Of a stretch of 64,000 bases of DNA, positions 53,227 to 64,000 are shown in pieces; the stretch's first letter is position 1, and each line of letters starts with the position of its first letter. The notes under the pieces are model-generated. The model was not told the origin of the DNA. It saw only the letters and a list, made by a program, of their open reading frames with translations, and did not search any database. The position numbers and the translations under genes were made by a program. This DNA is from the human T2T-CHM13v2.0 reference genome, Homo sapiens, in the NCBI RefSeq assembly GCF_009914755.1, contig NC_060926.1; one strand, written 5' to 3'.

Positions 53227-54034
53227 TACTCCCGTCTTTTTTTTTTTTTTTTAATTTTGCACAGAAGCTGGTAATGTAGGGCCTACATGTGAACAAGTTT
53301 CTATTTGGTTACTTGGGTTGATATAATTCATTATATTTAAGTTCTTTCGAACACCGGAGATCCCCTTAATGTGTATGAATGCTTGAGGCTTTGTAAATTA
53401 GGGATGTTTGTGTGAATAAAGTTATTTGATGAGATTAAAGCAGCCTTATGTGATTTGATATAAATAAATATAAAGTCAGCAATCAGGTTAATGTTTCCAG
53501 ATGTGTGAGACTACTGTTCAGTTTATCAATGCCTCTTCATACTGGTCACCCATCACTTTAGATGCCATTTCTGACCTCCGTTAAGGATTTATACAGATTG
53601 TCAAATTAGGATGACCAATGATTTCAGTTTGCCTGAGACTTAGAAGGCTCCCATGGTATACGACTTATAGTCTAAAACTAAGTCAGTCCTGTGCTAACCA
53701 GGACAAGCTCATCATCTTATAATGTAGGCATTGCTCTAGTGGTTCTTAACCATCACAAGGAAACAAAATCTGCTAGATGCAGTTTCAATCTCTTTCTTTT
53801 TTTCCTGACAATTCCTCTGGAAATGATGCTAATGATCAAATCAATAATCAGGCAGCAGGAGGGTGATGGCGTGAGGAACAAACAATTTAGATCATTTAGA
53901 TCATTTTGCAGTTGGATTGTCAGGATCAAGATGATAAAAAATAATAAACTCTTTTATCTACTGTGTGACAAATTTAGGAATTTAGGAAACTGATTTTACA
54001 TATTGGTTTTATATTTTAGGCATTCTGTTGCTCC

Positions 54035-54559
54035 TGAGATAGGAATCTGGCAGGACTTGTTTTACCAGAAACCAATCGCTAAGACCCCACTGGTGAAACA
54101 GGATGAGGTGAAGAAGCCAGTCAAAACCTGCCAAAACAAAGAAGGCCACAAAAGTGACATCTGCTTGTGCTCACTGGTCGTTATATGCTAATTATAATAC
54201 ATTAATATAATAAAGAAACTCCCACCAGTCCCACGGCAGCTTCCAGAAATTATCACATATGGTCTGAAAAAGGGAACAACCCTCAATTCCAGGAATTCCC
54301 TACCCCTTTCCTAGGAAACTCATACATATTAATAATTCACTATTTAGCATATGATCAAGAAATAACCACAAAAATAGCCAACCAGCAGCCCTAGGGGCTG
54401 CTCTACCTATGGAGTAGCCACACTTTTATTCTTTTACTTTCTTAATAAACTTGTTTTCACTTAATTCTGTTCACTGCTCTTGAATTCCTTCCTATGCGAA
54501 GCCAAGAACCCACATGGTCTCCTGGGCTGAACCCCAGTTTTGGGGTTCACCCTGTGACA
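54035..54559 (+). mobile_element. MER41-family ERV1 solo LTR (C/D-like)
   Basis: tgagatagg...accagcagccctaggggctgctct...cttaataaacttg...tgtgaca. TSD ctc(c/g). Confidence 0.85.
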
Positions 54560-55576
54560 CTCGCAAGCCATAGTCATCTGCACTAGATTCATGATGAACA
54601 AATAGACAGTAGCAAATTATTTTTCATGTCTCTTAGAATGTGTCTTAGGACCACGTTTAGAAAAATCATTCTCTGTATCCAAAATGTGAGGAGGGAATCC
54701 ATGGATATGTTTCACAAACTGCCTCATCTTCCCACCATGCTCCATCCTGAGGTGTCTTCTATATTCAGAAAGCTTCAAAGTTTTCTCCAGTCTCTTAAAA
54801 GTTACCAAGGTGCAGAAACCTATGTCTTCTACAAAAGCATTTTCATTCTTCAGTCTACCCATAGTCATGAAGAGGTGGTTCTCTAAGAGAAAACTGCCAA
54901 GTCAGAATGCTTTCTTATGATCTCCACTGACTAAATAATTTTCATGATTGGAATCCACACTTTCAAATAAGCACCACAGGCTCCAGGTGACATTATGACT
55001 GAGTGATTTCTTAAGGACTTGATTCTTTTCAGCTAAATTAGCTGCAACACTTGTGAGTACAGCCCCTCTTCATACTGGAAGGCAGTTGACTCAGCTGATG
55101 CTACCAGGCCTTTCCCCAGACCTTCTTTATGGTTCCCTTCCAGTCAGATGTCTCCAAAACTCATGAGAAGATCTGCTGTCAGTTTTAAGCAACACAATTC
55201 CTTTTGGGGAACTTTTATTACAGTGAGAGATCCAAAGGAGAGATATTCTTTCTATGCTTATTTGTGCTGGTATTATTACTATGTCAACAATGACCTCCTT
55301 CATACTCTTCTTCATGCTTAGAAGAGTGCCTGACATACAGCAAGTGCTCAAAAGATGTCAGCTATTATTAACTGCTGTATCTTTAGACTATATTGTAATG
55401 AATAAATATTTTCTTATTTAATTGTTAATCTGAATATAAAATGTAGAAATTGCATGTAGGAAAATATAAAAACTACCTGGAATTATTCTGCTCAGAGATA
55501 ACTATTTTCAATACTTTGGTGAACAATATGTATAAATTTGAAATAATTCTGGGTATACATTTAAAACTTTATTTCT

Positions 55577-55914
<338 letters not shown>

Positions 55915-58900
55915 CTATTTCATATATTCTTTTAATGTGTGTAAAAACTTTTCTTATGTAGCTATAAAATGGTATTATCAATCAATTGTTCCTAATGTTT
56001 TATTATTGCAAACACATTTTGGCATTGACTTTTTTTACCTAAACTTTACAGCAAGGTCTTAGTTATTTCCCTAATATCAAATTCTAGAGAAAAATATTTG
56101 CACCAAAAGGTATAATTTTAAAACGTGATTCATATTGTCAAATTGCTCTCAAAAAAGGTGTGGCCAACTTACATTCATACCAGTAGTGTGAACTTTTTTA
56201 TAGCCTCTCAAATATTAATAAATGAATGTAGATATCAATATACATACACATATGTAGATAATATCTATGGATTCAATATTAGTCAAATCATTGTATTTTA
56301 GCTTCTATAATCTGTATTTTAAAAACCCTTTCTATGAGCATTTTTGCGTAATACAAAATGTTTTTAAAACTCAGTTATGGAGGTAGGACATGCATCACTA
56401 AGGCACAGAAGTGCTACAGGAAATCTATGGATGCCCCAGTCAATAAGTGGTAAAGAAGCAAAACTTAGATCTTTGAATGCCAAGCCTAAAACTCTTACTA
56501 TTTTATAAGCAGAATTAACACGTCAGCAAGCAAATTCCCTGAAATATGATGGTAGCAGCTAGGATCACTCCATTTTAGGAAATCTAATTTGGCATTGTAC
56601 CTAACAGTAAGTAAAAAAAGTCAATGAACAAAGTCAGAATAAATGTACTTACAGATGTCCTGAGTCAGAGGTTCTTGAAATATTTAACTTTTTCCCTTGT
56701 GTGTTGCTTGGGCTTTTGCTGAATAATATTATGTGAGGTTTAGTAATCGTTTGTTCAGTTGACTGACAGGCATTACATTGAGTAAGTAATTACTTGTCGT
56801 TCGTCAGTATTTCAAGAAGACTGTGTGGATGAGAGTAAGTCACTTAAGGTTTAGGGGTTTAATGTTCGATTTTCCACTGATTTATGTCAGATTTTACTCT
56901 ATTAAAAAAATTAGACCATAAAACTGTCCTAATAAGGTTGATTCGGGCTTCAGCTGGAGGAAAAAAGATGAGAATAAGAGCCAACTTGTTTTATTACTAA
57001 GACAAGACTGATTTCTTATCAGCATAATCACCTTACATCCAGGATGCAGGTCTTAATATAGTCAAAATTGAAAAGCATCATGACCATAGACTAGAAACTG
57101 AATTCTTTAAATCGCAAATTTCTCTGACCTTTAGAAAAACAAAAGTAAAAATTCACCAAGAAACAACATAGTTAATCAGAAATACATAAGTGTATTGTAT
57201 AAAGTTATAATAGAATTCAATGTTTTTCTTTTAAAGAACTCAAGGTGGCTTATATTCAAGAGCTGAATAAAAATTATTAGAAAGTGGAGGGCAAAATAAA
57301 AAGGCACTTTATTAGAATTGCTTATAAGATTTGATCTTGTGTTGGATATCAATGTATAAGAAGTTAGAATCAGAAAACTTGTCAGAGGCAATGTAAATAT
57401 TTTGCTGTAATGTAAAAAGAGTTTTCTGGGAACCTTGATGGACTACTATAGTCTCTTTCAAACAACAGGAATTACAACTTTGACAGCACCAGAGAGATAT
57501 TCTGAGTCCCTGAGTCCCAGTACAGTTTTCTTGTAAGACAGCCTATCTTTCAAAAATAGGGAATACTGGTACATAGCAAACTAAATCTTATGACATCCCT
57601 GCTGGTCTGTCTAATATTTCTCTCTCCCCAGCCTCCCTTTCCTATCTATATTTTGTATACTTTAAAGAGTACAATTTTACAACTGTGCACTCTAATGACC
57701 TGTGTTTAAATACTGGCTCTGCCACTAATTATTTTTGTGACCTGTATAAGTCCTTCTCTTTGCCTTAATTACTGCAACAATAAAATGGAGATTTAGTTCT
57801 TCCTATATCATAGACCTGTTGAGAAATTCATGTAAAACCTTCACATCAATAAAATATACCTTTCATTATCATTTCCTTTCCTTAGAGAGTTTGTGTAAAA
57901 TCATGAAAATTACTTTTTAATATCATCATGTTGATTATATGCCTATTTCATTTCCATTTGTATTTGAAAAGAAATTCTGATTGTCTCATCTATGCCACTG
58001 TACTGTGAATTGATGATATCTACTTGTCATAAGAGCTATGTGAAAGAGATACCACAAAAACATTTGAAAGGAGAAATCGTGAATCTGGAAGGTTACAGAA
58101 CATTGTGTTCCAATCTCTTCAGACGTTGTATGCATACTCTCAGGATAAGGCATGAATGATAAACATTGAATTATACAATCTTTCAGTACACTTACATATA
58201 TTATATAAATTCTACCATTAGAGGTATATTTCACTCTAATAAAGCTTTCTAATCTTTTTTCTTTAAAAGATTTAGAAAAATAAATATACATTATAAATTG
58301 AAACTATGGTTTGAGTCCATACTTACAAATGACTTTACCAAAGAAATATAATAATGAGTAGAAATTGATTCTAGCAAAGGATGACATAAACTAGACAAAT
58401 GTTTTGAGAAGTGTCTGTAAACAATACTACAGGTAAGACTGGGATGAGGTCAGGGTCTGTGACTGGCTGCTCGAAGGAAAATACCACATGGATATAACAA
58501 AAATGGTGTCCAAAAGACCCATGGACAATTCTATTTTGGAATACCAGTTTCATGTCTGAGGGTGAAGTACATGAGGGAAAGGAGAATGAAGGAGAGCTGA
58601 GCAAATCTCAGTATCACTAAAGACTTAGAGAAGTGGTCCAGGTACCAGAAGCTACACAGAGCATTCCCATCCCAGGTCTAAGGATTTGCATTTGACTGAA
58701 TATTGTGGAGCAAAAAGCAACAAATGACTTAGAATTGATTCAAAGGAAGGACACTGGTACCCTTAGGAAATAAGTGCCATCCTGCCAATACAACAAAAAA
58801 GGAATACAAGATTTTAGATATAAAAGTAAAATTACTATAAAAATAAACAACAAAAAGATAAGTTACCCAACCATAGAGTTTTCAAAAATGAAGTGGTAAT

Positions 58901-59082
58901 TTAAACACAAGCAAATAAAATTGAATAAGAACAGATTGATAACTTGTTAGTATTATTAAGTAGGAAGCAGTTAATTCTCCCTATCTTAACTAATAAATTT
59001 ATGATGATGCAAAAAAAAGCAGTAGATGTTTAGGAGGGGAGGAAAGGCAATTTAACAAAATTATTTCGAAGTACACATAGAA

Positions 59083-59830
59083 TGAAAAAAAGCTCAACCT
59101 CACTGATCACTAGAGAAATGCAAATCAAAACCACAATGAGATACCATCTCATGCCAGTAGAAATGGTGATTATTAAAAAGTCAAGAAACAATAGATGCTG
59201 GTGAGTCTGTGGAGAAATAGGAATGCTTTTACACTGTTGGTGGCAATGTAAATTAGTTCAACAGTTGTGGAAGACAGTGTGGCAATTCCTCAAGGAACTA
59301 GAACCAGAAATGCCATTTGACCTAGCAATCCCATTACTGGGTATATACCCAAAGGATTATAAATCATTCTACTATAAAGATACATGCACACATATATTTA
59401 TTGCAGCACTATTCACAAAAGCAAAGACATGGAATCAACCTAAATGCCCATCAATGATAGACTGGATAAAGAAAATGTGGTATATATACACCATGGAATA
59501 CTATGCAGCCATAAAAAGGAATGAGATCGTGTCCTTTACAGGGAAATGGATGAAGCTGGAAGCCATCATCCTCAGCAAACTAAGACAGGAACAGAAAAGC
59601 AAACACTGCATGTTTTCAACACTCACAAGTGGGAGTTGAACAATGAGAACACATGGACACAGGAAAGGTAACAACACACACTGGGGCCTGTTGGAAGTTG
59701 GGGGTGAGGGGAGAGAATCTAGATGATGGATCAATAGGTGCAGCAAACCACCACGGCACACATATACCTCTGTAACAAACCTGCACATTCTGCACATGTA
59801 TCCTGGAACTTAAAGTAAAATTAAAAAAAA
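59083..59830 (+). mobile_element. 5'-truncated older primate L1 (about L1PA8-11)
   Basis: ORF2 C-terminus (59223-59639) plus 3'UTR ending gtatcctggaacttaaagtaaaa. Confidence 0.92.
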
Positions 59831-59837
59831 CATAATA

Positions 59838-61355
<1,518 letters not shown>

Positions 61356-63074
61356 AAAAAGATAATAATAAAAGTACATGTAGAAAAAATAATCAGAATA
61401 TATCTAGTAAAGTTCAGAAAAATAAAGTATAACTAAAGTATAAAATATTTCAACAATATTTTTAATGAAATATATGAAAACATATTAAAAGGAATTCTAT
61501 ACCAAAATAAGAACGTAAAATCACTTCTACAACTACAGTCTAATGAAGTACTAAAATTATATTAAATATTAATGCCCAAAGGTTTCAATATTTTTCTTGG
61601 ATATTTTTAAGTCTCACAGGGAAGGAAGTGGCAGCAACTAGGCTCATGCCCATTCCTTACCTCCTACAAAAATACCCACAGAAACAGCTAATTGAAAACT
61701 GAGTACCGATTCCCTATAAAAAATGGTATTGAAATGAGAATATCATTGAGTACTCGATTTTAAAAAATTCAAAAGAAGTGGAATTATTGTTCCTGCCCTG
61801 CTCTGCAAATGTCACTGGCAATGCCAACAATAATATTCAAATAATAAGGATTCTACATAAAGCCTTTCCCAAAGGAGTTCAAGTTTGTCCTTAGATAGGT
61901 TCTGGGTCATCATGCCATATTACTCTATTCGCCTCTGATCCCTCCCAGCCATAAATAAAACAAGCACAATTCAGAAAAACTGATATCTACATAAATGTTA
62001 AATTTGTATCTCTTTATATAAAAGTGGAAAGTTATTTTAATCAGAAAGAACGTTCAAATATTTGGTCCTATGCTATTAAAACTAAAAACCAGAAAGATAC
62101 TCTGGTATCTTTTTTACTTCTTACAATGTATTTTGAAAATAAGATAGCGTTGATTTGGAGAAACATTTATTCCCCATGTTCTTTATTTTCATGTGGAAGA
62201 AATGCTAGTGCCTGAGCCACAGACCAAAGTAATTAAAGAAACTCTTTGTTGAGGTCTCTACATATTGTATAGTATCATCTCTACATGTTGTACAGCCAGG
62301 AATGAAAATCATGGACCAAAATTAATACTTCTGGCCTTTACCCATCACCATCACTCACTCTGCCATTCACTCATTTTCTACAGTGGGAAGAGATATGTAT
62401 TATCTATTTAGTAATCTTTGGAGAAGAAACTAAGCATGTTCAGCTCAGCTGCAGCAAGCTTAGAAGACACCCTGTACTCAATTCCACATGTTCTGGTCTG
62501 CTGTCTGTCTTGTGATAAGGGTGCTGCTCCTGGTAGAGAAAATCTACAATTGTCCAGTGTCGTTCTTCGGATGAAATGTTAGCAATCCCACTTGGCCATA
62601 GATCAAAGTTGATTTTCAAAACAGCTCTATCAGTGATAAAGGTCATATTTTGGTCTCCATCCACCAGATGCATGCATTTATCACTCTATTGGATCTAGAA
62701 GTAAATGGCTACAAGGGCGTTTACTTATATATCACTCCCTTCTCACACAACTGCAAGAGTATAATTTATATTTTACTTTACCTATACAGCAGAAAACTAA
62801 GGAAGTGACCAAGGTCACACAGCAAGCAAGGTCTGTGTGCATATTTGGAATAATTATGAGGGTCAGCGTTCATGGTTAAGATGGATAAGTCAAACTAAAG
62901 TATAAACAAGAATCAAACTTTAAATTACAGGAAAGATTGTTGCTTATTCAAGAGTAGTTAGTTGCCCATAAGCCACATGCATCTTTTAAACCTACACTAT
63001 CCCCTGAGAATTAGTCAGGACAAATGGTTTGTAGTATCTTGCCATATTTAGGTTCATGAAAACTAAGGTCAAAC

Positions 63075-63260
63075 AGGCCTAGTTTGAATTACTGTTCAGT
63101 CATTTGGCAAAGGTGTGACTTTAGGAAAGTCACTAAAACTCTTTAACTTCAGTGGGCTCATCTGTAAAATAATAACTCGCCTTACGTGTTTAACATGAGG
63201 ATTATGTGAGATTATGTTTGTGAACCCTTTGGTACAGTGTTCAGCATGTAGTAATTAATA
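63075..63260 (+). mobile_element. MIR fragment
   Basis: gtgtgactttaggaaagtcactaaaactctttaacttcagtgggctcatctgtaaaat core. Confidence 0.7.
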
Positions 63261-64000
63261 GATGAGTTTGTAAATGAAGACCTGACACAGAAAATCAGGT
63301 AATATATTTAACATAACAAAGCTACAGAGTGGCAGAACGGATCTAATATATTCATTGTTTTTCATCTTTAATATCATATCCACTTTCATTTCCATGAATT
63401 TCTATCAAACTAGTTCTCAGGAACTTAAATTGGGACTTCCCACCTCGCTTCCTTTGCACATTCAAGTCTGTGCCCCTGAGATGTCCACATCCAATCTTTC
63501 TGCTCTTTGATGCCATTTATTAGGTCTAGTGCTGTAAGATGTGACCTCCACGAAGCTCTCAGAGATCACCAGGAGTGACTTCCTCTCTCATTAACAAATA
63601 TAACCAGCATCTGTCCAGTGATTCTTATCAGGGGAGATATTTGGTTGAAATGCATGATGCACATGTCTCAGTCATCTTGCTGGATTTTATGCTCCTGGGT
63701 AGTGGGATTTGTGTCTTTTGTTTGTTTCATTCATTACCTTATATAGAATAAGCACTTAATAAGTGTTTGCCAAATGAAAAACAGAATTAGTGAACTTGCC
63801 AATGTCCACATAGAAAGCACTGTATTTCTCAAAAAATAAAAAATAAAATAATGAGATTGCAGAAGCAACAACAAAATTAAATACAATTAAAATGTCATAT
63901 AATGTCATAAAAAGGAAATAATTATTTAGGATGAAAACGTATTGGCATGAAGCAACTTCTTCCCTGTGTGATGCTTCTATGATATTTGGGTTTCAATTAT

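Overview
AT-rich, repeat-dominated primate DNA, almost certainly human because an Alu at 8080-8388 carries the AluYa5 diagnostic bases. I cannot identify any intact cellular protein-coding gene, RNA gene or CRISPR array. The long ORFs in the track derive from LINE-1, Alu or Tigger. Content: two near full-length L1PA elements (13272-18877, 39159-45219), several 5'-truncated or inverted L1s, about 11 Alus or Alu fragments, solo ERV1/MaLR/ERVL LTRs, an internally deleted Tigger2, MER33, MIRs and microsatellites. Best-supported observations: (1) the first L1 is a spliced retrocopy (SpIRE) whose 5'UTR intron is removed exactly at GT..AG, as shown by the unspliced second copy in the same window; (2) a twin-primed L1 sits inside the poly(A) tail of an older L1; (3) an LTR splits an Alu, and a Tigger2 hosts an LTR and an L1; (4) a young AluYa5; (5) a MER41 LTR with STAT-type palindromes. 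The most speculative lead is a set of unique minus-strand exon-like segments, including a ~1 kb one at 1755-2782, that could be a decayed multi-exon gene or lncRNA. I found no clearly new biological system. Repeat subfamily names come from memory of consensus sequences, not from a search.
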